A stretch of DNA of 61,322 nt from Myxococcota bacterium. GTDB taxonomy: Bacteria > Myxococcota_A > Bradymonadia > UBA7976 > UBA1532. The notes beneath the pieces are model-generated. The model did not search any database. It was not told where the DNA came from and was given only the letters and a program-made list of their open reading frames with translations. Below are positions 1 to 8,692 of the stretch, in pieces. The number at the start of each line of letters is the position of its first letter. The stretch's first letter is position 1. Position numbers and translations under genes: made by a program. The stretch is from positions 1-61,322 of the forward strand of contig JAYZEG010000086.1 of assembly GCA_036337435.1 (NCBI GenBank), written 5' to 3'.

Positions 1-1
1 A

Positions 2-367
2 AGTCACGTAGAGAACAAGGGAAACGCGCGGATTCGGTTTCGAACCGATGACGTCTGGTTACGACAGATTCTGAGTTGTCTTATCCTTAATGGCGCACAA
101 GCGGTTGGCTCGGCGAGTGCCAATGGCTGGGTTCAGGTTAACTACTCGAGTGAGAAAGATTGGGTCCACATCTCGGTCAGCGACAATGGTGGTGGGCTGA
201 AGCAAGCGGCTGAGCTCGGAAAAACAACCAAAAGTGATGGCCTGGGCATCGGTCTGATGCTCGCCGACACACTCACGTCGAACTTGGGTGGGACTTTATC
301 TTTGGTCAATGGCCCCGTTGGATTGATGGCCATCGTCAAGCTTCCGCTCAACCAGGGGGAGACCTGA
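2..367 (+). CDS. Sensor histidine kinase, C-terminal HATPase_c domain (5'-truncated by window edge)
   Basis: Not in the ORF track. Hand translation of frame 2 gives ...LRQILSCLILNGAQA (N box)...ISVSDNGGG (G1)...TTKSDGLGIGL (G2)...GGTLSL, with stop TGA at 365-367. Confidence 0.85.
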   Translation, partial: SHVENKGNARIRFRTDDVWLRQILSCLILNGAQAVGSASANGWVQVNYSSEKDWVHISVSDNGGGLKQAAELGKTTKSDGLGIGLMLADTLTSNLGGTLSLVNGPVGLMAIVKLPLNQGET

Positions 368-375
368 GGTCAGGC

Positions 376-885
376 TTAATCCTTGGCCTTTCTCGGCTCA
401 ACTGTAGACGTCACACCGCCTCCCTCAAGCTGAGGCTTTCCGGTGGTTACGCCGATATCTTCCAGTTTCGATGTCAGCTCGACGAGCTGTGCAATCCATC
501 GCTCGGTAACAGCTCGTTCACGTCCGCGCATTCGAACGACGAACCTGACCCGATCACCGGATTCTAGGAAACGCCTCGCGTGACGCAATTTTGTTTCCAA
601 GTCATGGGTATCTGTTTTCGGCCGCAACTTTATGATTTTCGTCTGCGTCTGGTGCTGTTTTTTGGTCTTTTTACGCTGCTCGTAGCGCCATCGACCATAA
701 TCCATGATTTTGCACACCGGTGGTCTTGCGTTGGGTGAAACTTCCACCAAGTCAAGTCCCTGGTCGGCCGCAACTCTTCGCGCGTCCTCAGGGTTCATCA
801 CCCCTAGACTATTGCCTTCTTCATCGATGACCATGACCTGTGGGACACGGATCTGCTGATTAATCCTTCTGCGCTCTTCCAAAAT
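376..885 (-). CDS. infC: Translation initiation factor IF-3
   Basis: INQQIR..., GLDLVEVSPNARPPVCKIMDYG, KLRPKTDTHD and RMRGRE motifs. An in-frame ATT at 885-883 directly precedes the tracked TTG, with GAGG 10 nt upstream. Confidence 0.96.
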   Translation of the reverse strand: MLEERRRINQQIRVPQVMVIDEEGNSLGVMNPEDARRVAADQGLDLVEVSPNARPPVCKIMDYGRWRYEQRKKTKKQHQTQTKIIKLRPKTDTHDLETKLRHARRFLESGDRVRFVVRMRGRERAVTERWIAQLVELTSKLEDIGVTTGKPQLEGGGVTSTVEPRKAKD

Positions 886-1125
886 CGTGACACAGCCTCG
901 TTTAATAAAATCTGCGATGAGACATAACGGTACGCCCAGTTTCTGTCAATCACTCGGCAGAAAAAATGATGATTAGGTCATTCTTTTGTCAGATGAAACG
1001 CGATCGCTTGCTTTTTTCAAACATTGATCTGGCCTTGTCTCTTTGCTAATCAGTCTCGTCAATGGGCAGCATCCGAGGGTCCGGTTGTTTCCTTTAAAAT
1101 CCATGGGTGAGGGAGGAACATCCCC

Positions 1126-2727
1126 GTGACTACTGAACGATTAGCAAAGTACAGCTCGGCCACGCGAAGTTTGGTTAAGCAAATTTGCGCGTGTCTTCTT
1201 CCATTGGCACTGCTCGCTTGTTCGGGTACCAGTAGCGATGGCGATCGCATCGAAGTAGACAGGGGCATTCTCATAGACGCAGGACGCGACGCATACATCG
1301 TTTCCCGTGATGGCGGCGCAGAGTCCATGGACGTCGCCTTCAGAGAGCCGGACGCGGCACCGCGCAGATGCCTTGCACAAGACGTCGCTTTACAAGAGAC
1401 ATTCCGAAGCGAGCCAATCGTCAATGCCGACGATCTGTACGCACGATATGAACACAATGGCGATGAGCAGCCAGAACTTGTCGTATCTGCATTTGACGGA
1501 AGTCAAACATTGCACGCTATCTGGAGTGGAAACCCCCCAGCAGAACTAGGCCGATTTGAAGTCCCAGGAGATACCCCTGCTCTGTTCATGGGCGGCGACC
1601 CACACCGGGACCAACGAACTCAACCTATCGGATACAATGACCGAGCGGTTCTTTTCACGACGCAGAGGACCAATGAGATGCTTTCCGTCACCTTCTTCGA
1701 CTCGTCGACACTCGAGCAAGTACAACGATTTGAGCTTCTAAGACCGGTCGACGAGGTACAAATTGTTCCTACAACGAGCGTGCCCGCCGTCCTTGCAAAT
1801 CTGCAGGATGGTGGTTGTGTCATTCAAAAAGTTGACGGGTCTGATGCAATCCTCGACAGGGGTCAATGCCGTGTTCGCATTGGAGAGGATGCAAACGGTG
1901 ATGAACGACCAGAAGCTGTTCAATTTGGACGAGCCGGACTCTCGATTATCGATATTAATGTGGGTGCTGTAGTTGCTGTGCGAGCCGACCATCGGGCATC
2001 CGCCATCGGATACACCGACACCCACATCATCTCTGCAACATTAGACGGACAAAACTTGCGCATAAGCATCCATGATAAAGTTGAACTGACCATGATTGGC
2101 GATCCAATCACCAACGTTATCAACGGAGGGCAATTCTCCCATGTGGTGATTATCGACCATCCCCAAACCCCTAACATTATCGCTCAGTATGAAAAATCCG
2201 GATTTCAATCACTCCGTGTCTTTGAACTGGGAGAAAGACTCCGACGCGTCGGCGAATTTGGTCCGTTTAGAGCACTTTCTTGGCACTTAGATGCGGACTT
2301 AAATTCCGATGGAGTCCGCGAATTAATACTTCTCGGTGGCTCCAGAGCGGATGGATTTAACACTGATGTCGAATTTCGCGACATTGGGACAGGTGACATT
2401 CTACTGGAGATCGGAGCCCTGAGGAACGTTCGCTTTACGCCGATATGGAACACGCTTTCACCCCCGCAACCCTCAAACCTTGACACATGCGACGGGGACG
2501 ACCTGGTCCTACTTCGCGAAGGACAAGTCAACTCAAACGGCGAACGACAAACTCGAGTTACTTTTCGCGATGAGGAGAACGTGGAAGTCACACGAACAGA
2601 GACTTATTCAGGGCGCATACACAAGCTTGTCATCAGTGACCTCGATGGCCAAGACCCACCAGAACTTATCGAACTTCGAAGCGAAGGCGACAACGCGACG
2701 AGGCTCCGGGTTTATGGTCCCAATTAA
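1126..2727 (+). CDS. Putative lipoprotein with FG-GAP/VCBS-like Ca-binding repeats
   Basis: GGAGG RBS, lipobox LLAC, and repeats EDANGDERPE, ADLNSDGVRELI, SDLDGQDPPELI. Confidence 0.65.
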   Translation: MTTERLAKYSSATRSLVKQICACLLPLALLACSGTSSDGDRIEVDRGILIDAGRDAYIVSRDGGAESMDVAFREPDAAPRRCLAQDVALQETFRSEPIVNADDLYARYEHNGDEQPELVVSAFDGSQTLHAIWSGNPPAELGRFEVPGDTPALFMGGDPHRDQRTQPIGYNDRAVLFTTQRTNEMLSVTFFDSSTLEQVQRFELLRPVDEVQIVPTTSVPAVLANLQDGGCVIQKVDGSDAILDRGQCRVRIGEDANGDERPEAVQFGRAGLSIIDINVGAVVAVRADHRASAIGYTDTHIISATLDGQNLRISIHDKVELTMIGDPITNVINGGQFSHVVIIDHPQTPNIIAQYEKSGFQSLRVFELGERLRRVGEFGPFRALSWHLDADLNSDGVRELILLGGSRADGFNTDVEFRDIGTGDILLEIGALRNVRFTPIWNTLSPPQPSNLDTCDGDDLVLLREGQVNSNGERQTRVTFRDEENVEVTRTETYSGRIHKLVISDLDGQDPPELIELRSEGDNATRLRVYGPN

Positions 2728-2899
2728 GGGTTCATTCCCCATCGGTCTTTAACCCACCCCTCCGCCCGCAGTCACCGACAAATGATACGTAAAGCTTAGC
2801 CTCAAAGTACGAGTGGTTTGCGGATCCGGCTTGGTGCCGGAATTCGACGGGCGAACCCAGGTAAACTCAGTCATGCACCAAAACAGCAGACCTGTAGGA

Positions 2900-3060
2900 C
2901 GAATGGAAAAAGCCAATAATAACGATCTCTTATAGATCGGGCATCATCCCTGAACTCTCTAACCTACTAAGATCGTTATTGATCTTATCAGATCATTCAA
3001 AGATAAGTCTTGCGTTTAGGATCACATATGCTTACATTGGATCACATGATCTTTTTGTCA
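2900..3060. promoter_or_regulatory. AT-rich intergenic segment with clustered, partly 10-bp-phased GATC sites
   Basis: GATC at 2924, 2935, 2971, 2981, 2991, 3020, 3040 and 3048. GC is about 36% over 2901-3060 by hand count. The function is not established. Confidence 0.5.
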
Positions 3061-3109
3061 TGCTTGGCAGGGGTCAAAAACAGGACCATTGAGGGATGGA
3101 AAGCGTCCG

Positions 3110-4498
3110 ATGACAATTGGGAAACCAGCACTATTTCTAGGTCAGATCGGGATCATCCATCTCCTGATCGTTTATCATGCGCTGTCTCACGATGCCGATG
3201 CGACCCATGCGACAAGTACGACAAATGGAAAAAATGTCGTTGTCCATGACATTAAAGAACAGGCCAAAACATCATTGACAGTTGGCAGCGACCTTGTGGC
3301 AACGAGAAAAACCAAACCTCGACAAGACGTGCCCATTGCGAGGGGTGACGTCCTCACACCAGGCGCGATGCGCGCTTCGGCGTTCTACGAGGAGGAGGGG
3401 CAGGTGCTGGCCGACCTGGATCATGGCTGGTCTGGACAGACTACGCTTGACCCATGGTTGACCAAGAAAGCCAAATATTACTTGAAGCGCGGACGGGTCG
3501 CTGTCGGTGCCATCACAATTATTGACGTGAAGACTGGTGATGTTCTCGCATTGGCCGATCATTTCGATGAGACGAATCCTGCCACCACATACGTAAATAA
3601 AGCAGGTCCAGAAAACATCGCTCTCAGAAAAATCGCACCCGCTGCGAGCCTCTTCAAATTGGTGAGTGGAGCAGCTTTACTCGATCATGGTCTAGATAAG
3701 ACACGTACCTATCCATATACCTATGCGAAGAGGAAAGTCACCGGTCGCCATCTAGAAAAACCCGAGTTAAACGCTGAACGTCACACGTTGGCAGACGCAC
3801 TCGCTAAGAGCAATAACGGTTGGTTTGCGTGGGTGACCAACAAGCGGCTGAGCCGCGATGTATTTGTTAAAACCGTTGACAAATTCTGGTTCAACAAAGT
3901 GGTCCCATTTCCAATTCTGACCGACGCCAGCGCAGCCCAAATCCCGAGAAATAGACTTGAGCGTGCACGGATGTCAGCCGGATTCGGCAATACCGAAATT
4001 ACAACCCTTCACGCAGCTGTGATCACAGCGGCGATCGCAACCGATGGTCGGCTACCGACGCCACGTCTCGTCAGCAAATTACACGGACCCAAAGGTGAAA
4101 TCATCGAATCACCAGCCAGGCAGCCACTCGGCCGAGCAATGAAAGAGTCCACCGCGCGCGAATTGAGGCGCATGCTCACCCGGACAATCGATCATGGCAC
4201 AGCGCGTAAAGCATTCAAAAAATGGCCGAAGAAATTGGCTCATATTCGGGTCGGGGGAAAGACCGGGACGCTCGCTCGTCGACGAGCTGGTAACTACATC
4301 GGCTACACTTGGTTTGTGGCCTACGCGCCAGCAAATAACCCAGAGATCGCCATGGCGGTCATGGTGGGCAATAGTGAAAAGTGGTGGCAACGAGCTGTCG
4401 ATATCGGCCGCGATATTTTGGGAGCTCACTTTCGGCGTAAACCGCGACGCGCAGTGACGGCAAAGCGACGTGATCCAAACACCCGAACAACCCGATAA
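3110..4498 (+). CDS. Penicillin-binding protein, transpeptidase domain with N-terminal membrane anchor
   Basis: Catalytic motifs SxxK (ASLFK), SxN (KSNN) and KTG (GKTGT), plus WFVAYAP. ATG 3110 is preferred over TTG 3089. Confidence 0.9.
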   Translation: MTIGKPALFLGQIGIIHLLIVYHALSHDADATHATSTTNGKNVVVHDIKEQAKTSLTVGSDLVATRKTKPRQDVPIARGDVLTPGAMRASAFYEEEGQVLADLDHGWSGQTTLDPWLTKKAKYYLKRGRVAVGAITIIDVKTGDVLALADHFDETNPATTYVNKAGPENIALRKIAPAASLFKLVSGAALLDHGLDKTRTYPYTYAKRKVTGRHLEKPELNAERHTLADALAKSNNGWFAWVTNKRLSRDVFVKTVDKFWFNKVVPFPILTDASAAQIPRNRLERARMSAGFGNTEITTLHAAVITAAIATDGRLPTPRLVSKLHGPKGEIIESPARQPLGRAMKESTARELRRMLTRTIDHGTARKAFKKWPKKLAHIRVGGKTGTLARRRAGNYIGYTWFVAYAPANNPEIAMAVMVGNSEKWWQRAVDIGRDILGAHFRRKPRRAVTAKRRDPNTRTTR

Positions 4499-4624
4499 CT
4501 CCAAAAAAAAGCAGAATGCTCGCAAGTTGCTCACGAACCCCTATCCTGATAGACTTACGGGGAAGTGGGAGTGCCCGAATCGATTGTCGTCGAACCGGGT
4601 CCTATCATTTGGCAAAGGAGCAGT

Positions 4625-4924
4625 ATGTCGCTTGGTGCTATCGGTCGCGCGCAGGCAGGTCTTCGAGTCGCGGGTTCCAAACTCGACGCCGTCGCTCACA
4701 ACACGGCCAACATGATGACAAAGGGCGTTCGCCAAACGGACGTAAATGGCGTGGAATCCCCCGCCGGTGTCCAACCTCAGGTCACCCAGCGGACAGAGGA
4801 AGGGATCGACCCTGTCTCAGTCTCGGTGAACCGAACGGTCTCAGCATTGACATATACCGCCAACCTAGCGGTGATAAAAACAGCCGACGAAATGCTTGGC
4901 GAAACAATCGACTTGATGGAGTAG
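4625..4924 (+). CDS. Short flagellar basal-body rod/hook-like protein (only the N- and C-terminal helices)
   Basis: AAGGAG RBS before ATG 4625. N-terminal 'AGLRVAGSKLDAVAHNTANMMTKG' and C-terminal 'YTANLAVIKTADEMLGETIDL' match the Flg_bb_rod and Flg_bbr_C patterns. Confidence 0.8.
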   Translation: MSLGAIGRAQAGLRVAGSKLDAVAHNTANMMTKGVRQTDVNGVESPAGVQPQVTQRTEEGIDPVSVSVNRTVSALTYTANLAVIKTADEMLGETIDLME

Positions 4925-4964
4925 ACGCCAAAGCGCCCTCCGGGTCAGCCGCGAGCATTTGATC

Positions 4965-6527
4965 ATGAGACAGTTCCTCACAATCTTAGTGGTGTCACTG
5001 ATGGCGCAGTCGGGGCTGACTCAAACTCCCATTATTGACGGCCCATTCCCGAACGTTTCTCTTGATAACGACAGCAATCTCATTCTGGTTCGCGAGCGTT
5101 ACAATGCGAACAAGAGAATCCAAAGCATCTACTTGAGGGCGGCTGATGGAACCCCTGATTATGACGTGACGAGTGGAGAGATCTTTATCGACGGAGCCGA
5201 AATAATCGGGATCATCGTCGACCGAGTAGAGCTCAAACTGACCGACGTCGAGTGGGCCATCGATGGCGTCGATTATGGGCGCGAGCGTGGTCTCGATGGA
5301 CCGGCTCCCCTGATCGATTATCCAGTTGAAGATGGTCAATTCGATTATGCTGAAATGCGTTTAAACTCAGTTCGTTTTTGGTTCGGCACTGGCTCCGATA
5401 TCGATGACATGCGCATCCTAATTCGGTATCCGGAAGAAAACGCATCGGCTAAGTTACGCCCTGTTCTTTATCATAGTCGCGGACGAGACCCACACCCTGA
5501 TACGGGCGATTTCCCAGGGAGTGATGACCGAGGTATTCATGTCGGCAGTAGCGTCGATTTTGCACCTGATGACGGTCTATTTGATGAAGCATTTTCGATC
5601 GAATCAGGTGTCAAGCTGAAGGTCGAAGATTTCGATATCATCGAAGCTGAAATTGATATCGGAACCATAAATTACGTCGGCGGTGCTGTTGGACCTGGTA
5701 CTGTCACTATAGAAAATGGATTCCGCGACCTCGACCCAGATGGCGACAATGGAGTGGACCTGCGCGGTGATATCGATCCAATCCCGACCACGGGTATGGT
5801 CGCTCACCTCCGATACGAGGTCCAGCCATTAAGGGGACCAGACGGATCTCAAATCCCCACGTCGGGCATTCAAGTCTTGGGCCTACCTCGGCAGCTGGTC
5901 CATGGTGAAAGACGCTTCGGACGGGTCAGCGTGGACACCCCCGCAAACTTACCGGAAGGTCTTTATCAAGGTCTTCTTACCATTTGGGAAGATAATAACG
6001 TAGATGGCAATATCGACCCGGGTGAACCATCAGATTCTGTCAACCTGGTTGTCATTGTTCAGGACCGTGTCGATGCAGCTGTTGATGCATCCATCATTGA
6101 TGCAGGCATTCAGGACCAAGGCGTTGATATGTTTCGGCCGGAACCGGATGCGGAAACCGTAGACGATGCCGAGCTCGATTTAGGGGCGATCGATAGAGGT
6201 CCTGATGCTCAACCCGATCTGGGCATGCAGCCCATAGACCAAGCCCTGGATGTTGCACAACCTGACTCCGCCGCCGACACATCGATCACTGATGCAAATC
6301 CAACCGACGGTCACGTTGACTCCAACACACCGGCAGATATGAGCCCCGTCGATGCATCGCATCAAGATACCTCAACAATCGATGCTGGAAATGACGCAAA
6401 CCACAACACTGAGAGGTGGCCAAGCCTGCCTCAAGGCGGTAGCCTGAATTGTCAATCGCTCCCCTTTTCGCCCGGGAGTGTTCTGATGATGCTCTTTTTG
6501 CTGCCGGCTCTTCGGAGTCGGCGATGA
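4965..6527 (+). CDS. Secreted surface protein with Asp-rich stalk and MYXO-CTERM-like tail
   Basis: Signal peptide, acidic DA/PD-rich linker, and C-terminus GGSLNC followed by a hydrophobic helix and RSRR. Confidence 0.7.
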   Translation: MRQFLTILVVSLMAQSGLTQTPIIDGPFPNVSLDNDSNLILVRERYNANKRIQSIYLRAADGTPDYDVTSGEIFIDGAEIIGIIVDRVELKLTDVEWAIDGVDYGRERGLDGPAPLIDYPVEDGQFDYAEMRLNSVRFWFGTGSDIDDMRILIRYPEENASAKLRPVLYHSRGRDPHPDTGDFPGSDDRGIHVGSSVDFAPDDGLFDEAFSIESGVKLKVEDFDIIEAEIDIGTINYVGGAVGPGTVTIENGFRDLDPDGDNGVDLRGDIDPIPTTGMVAHLRYEVQPLRGPDGSQIPTSGIQVLGLPRQLVHGERRFGRVSVDTPANLPEGLYQGLLTIWEDNNVDGNIDPGEPSDSVNLVVIVQDRVDAAVDASIIDAGIQDQGVDMFRPEPDAETVDDAELDLGAIDRGPDAQPDLGMQPIDQALDVAQPDSAADTSITDANPTDGHVDSNTPADMSPVDASHQDTSTIDAGNDANHNTERWPSLPQGGSLNCQSLPFSPGSVLMMLFLLPALRSRR

Positions 6528-8692
6528 GAGTGAGACTAGCTGGGATAATGGCCCTATGCATCATTCCACTGTGTGCGCAGTCTCAGCCCAATGTGAGACG
6601 TTTCGAAGCATCCCCTTTTAGCGGCAATAACGTCACCGTGGACAGTGCCAGGTCGCTGGGAATAGGCCACTATAAGCTCCGTCTTATCGGTGACTTTGAG
6701 AAGCGCAGCTTAATTTTTATGAATGGCGGTCAACCGAACGACATCCTAGGTCAGCGGCTCACCTTTGATGCTGCCGTCGCCTACGGCCTTTTGGACTGGT
6801 TGGACGCAGGCGTAGTGGTGCCCTTAGCGATTGGCCAAACCGGCCAAGTTGTGAGCGACGGCTCGACCATCCAATCCGTTGCTCTAGGCCAACCGCGCCT
6901 CGGTGTAAGAACCAATTTGCTAAACGACCGAGCCAACGGTTTCGAACTCTCTTTGGTTACTGAAAGCTGGCTTCCATTAAATGGTTCGAATGCCTACATG
7001 GGTGAGGATGGGCCAGGGGTCCAGGCGCAACTGGTCTCCGCCATCTATCCCACGGGGAGAAACCAACTTAGCCTATCTTTAGGCTATTACCTGAGACCAG
7101 AAACAGAGCTGGCAGGCCTCACCGTAGACGATGAACTTCGGTTGGCGTTGGCTGCAAATCACCGATTTCGAGGCACGCCCTTCAAGCTGACAGGTGAAAC
7201 GCGATTCGCGACCGATGCGAAAAGCCCCTTTCAGACGAAACAAACGAACGCCGGTGATGTCAATCTAGGCATTACATTCTCAGCATCAAGCGGCCACGAC
7301 CTTGTTTTGGGTGCTGGGATGGGTGTTTTATCCGGCATCGGCTCCCCCGCCTGGAGGGCCTTCGCGGGCTATAACTTTGCAGGCTCACTCAGTCGGAGGA
7401 CATCCGCGCCAACTACTGGCTATCGGTCTGCCGTGGAGCCGCCGATGCCCGCTGACAGTTTGCCACAATCACTTGCCCAAACACCGACGAGGTACAGGGG
7501 CCGATTCGCTCATCGGGATATGGACGGAGATGGCATTATCGGAGCTGATGATAACTGTCCCCTCCATCCCGAAGACAAAGACTACTTTGAAGACGAAGAC
7601 GGCTGCCCTGACCTCGATAACGATCGAGATGGGATTCCGGACACAAAAGATGTGGCCCCGAATTGGGCGGAAGACTGGGACGGTTTTGAGGACTCGGATG
7701 GCGTCGCAGATGCCGACAATGATGGAGATGGACTCGAAGATACAGTCGATGCTTGCCCCAATGCCAGCGGAGCAGGCAATGGCTGCCCGGGCTCTCCCCT
7801 CGCCTGGCTCGCGCGTCTTAAACACAAGGCCTTCAATAACGAATCGCAACCGGTTCGTCTCGGGCGTTTGATCGTACCAACCATGCCCATTGAATTTGAT
7901 GAAGCAACAAATCGACCCACGGCAAATAGCCAACGAGCGATCGGTAACTTGGCAAAATTCATCAAATTGAATCCAGAGCTGATTCAAATCGAGGTTGGCG
8001 TTCACGTTCGGACAAAACGCAGCGCAGACTTCGACCTTTGGTTAAGCCGGATACAAGCAAATGCGCTCACCAAAGCCTTGGTTTCCGAAGGTGTCGACAC
8101 GGTTCGTTTATTTCCAGCTGGCTACGGGAGACATGCGCGGTCTGACACGTTTAAAGTTGCGGCTTTGGGCAATAGTCATGTTGAGCTCAGAGACATCCCG
8201 GAGGGAGAAACACCACCGGTTCTTGGTTCTTTGGAGGCTCCTGACGGACTGACGTTAGACGAAGCATTCCGAGGTGGAGAAGCGGTTAAACCTCAAGTCA
8301 TAAGACGCGCCAAACCATTTCGGCCCCTTAAATCCATCAAGTTTGTACCTAGAAAAGCCAAACTGACGAAAGATGGGGAAGCGAATCTAGACCAACTTCT
8401 CGATTTCATAAGCAAACAAGAGCCGACCACTCGTTTCGAGGTGGGTGTTCACACAGATGGTCTCGGTGATAAGAAAGCCAAACTCGCACTGAGTCTGAAA
8501 AGAGCGAAAGTCCTCGTTAATGCACTGGTCAAGGCAGGGGTCTCACAAGACCGGCTAGAGCCGAAAGGATATGGTGCAACAAAGCCCCTCGGAAATGATA
8601 AAACGGTGCTGGGTCGTGTAAAGAACCGTCGGGTAGAGCTCAGACGAATCGAAACAGAGCAGACGAAATCAAGCGGGAGTAAAGGCCAATGA
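6524..8692 (+). CDS. OmpA-family outer membrane protein: putative beta-barrel, thrombospondin type 3 repeats and two OmpA-like domains (TraB-like)
   Basis: ATGA overlap with the upstream stop. Signal peptide, amphipathic beta-strand region, DMDGDGIIGADDNCP/EDKDYFEDEDGCPD repeats, and VHTD...LSLKRA...GYG...NRRVE. Confidence 0.88.
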   Translation: MRVRLAGIMALCIIPLCAQSQPNVRRFEASPFSGNNVTVDSARSLGIGHYKLRLIGDFEKRSLIFMNGGQPNDILGQRLTFDAAVAYGLLDWLDAGVVVPLAIGQTGQVVSDGSTIQSVALGQPRLGVRTNLLNDRANGFELSLVTESWLPLNGSNAYMGEDGPGVQAQLVSAIYPTGRNQLSLSLGYYLRPETELAGLTVDDELRLALAANHRFRGTPFKLTGETRFATDAKSPFQTKQTNAGDVNLGITFSASSGHDLVLGAGMGVLSGIGSPAWRAFAGYNFAGSLSRRTSAPTTGYRSAVEPPMPADSLPQSLAQTPTRYRGRFAHRDMDGDGIIGADDNCPLHPEDKDYFEDEDGCPDLDNDRDGIPDTKDVAPNWAEDWDGFEDSDGVADADNDGDGLEDTVDACPNASGAGNGCPGSPLAWLARLKHKAFNNESQPVRLGRLIVPTMPIEFDEATNRPTANSQRAIGNLAKFIKLNPELIQIEVGVHVRTKRSADFDLWLSRIQANALTKALVSEGVDTVRLFPAGYGRHARSDTFKVAALGNSHVELRDIPEGETPPVLGSLEAPDGLTLDEAFRGGEAVKPQVIRRAKPFRPLKSIKFVPRKAKLTKDGEANLDQLLDFISKQEPTTRFEVGVHTDGLGDKKAKLALSLKRAKVLVNALVKAGVSQDRLEPKGYGATKPLGNDKTVLGRVKNRRVELRRIETEQTKSSGSKGQ

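Noticed and set aside
1030..1048. Sigma-54-like TGGC...TTGC upstream of the 1126 gene
   Set aside because: GG-to-GC spacing is 12 nt rather than the required 10.
2960..3060. CRISPR or iteron array interpretation of the GATC repeats
   Set aside because: The repeats are only 4-9 bp with no repeat-spacer structure, and no cas or rep gene is nearby.
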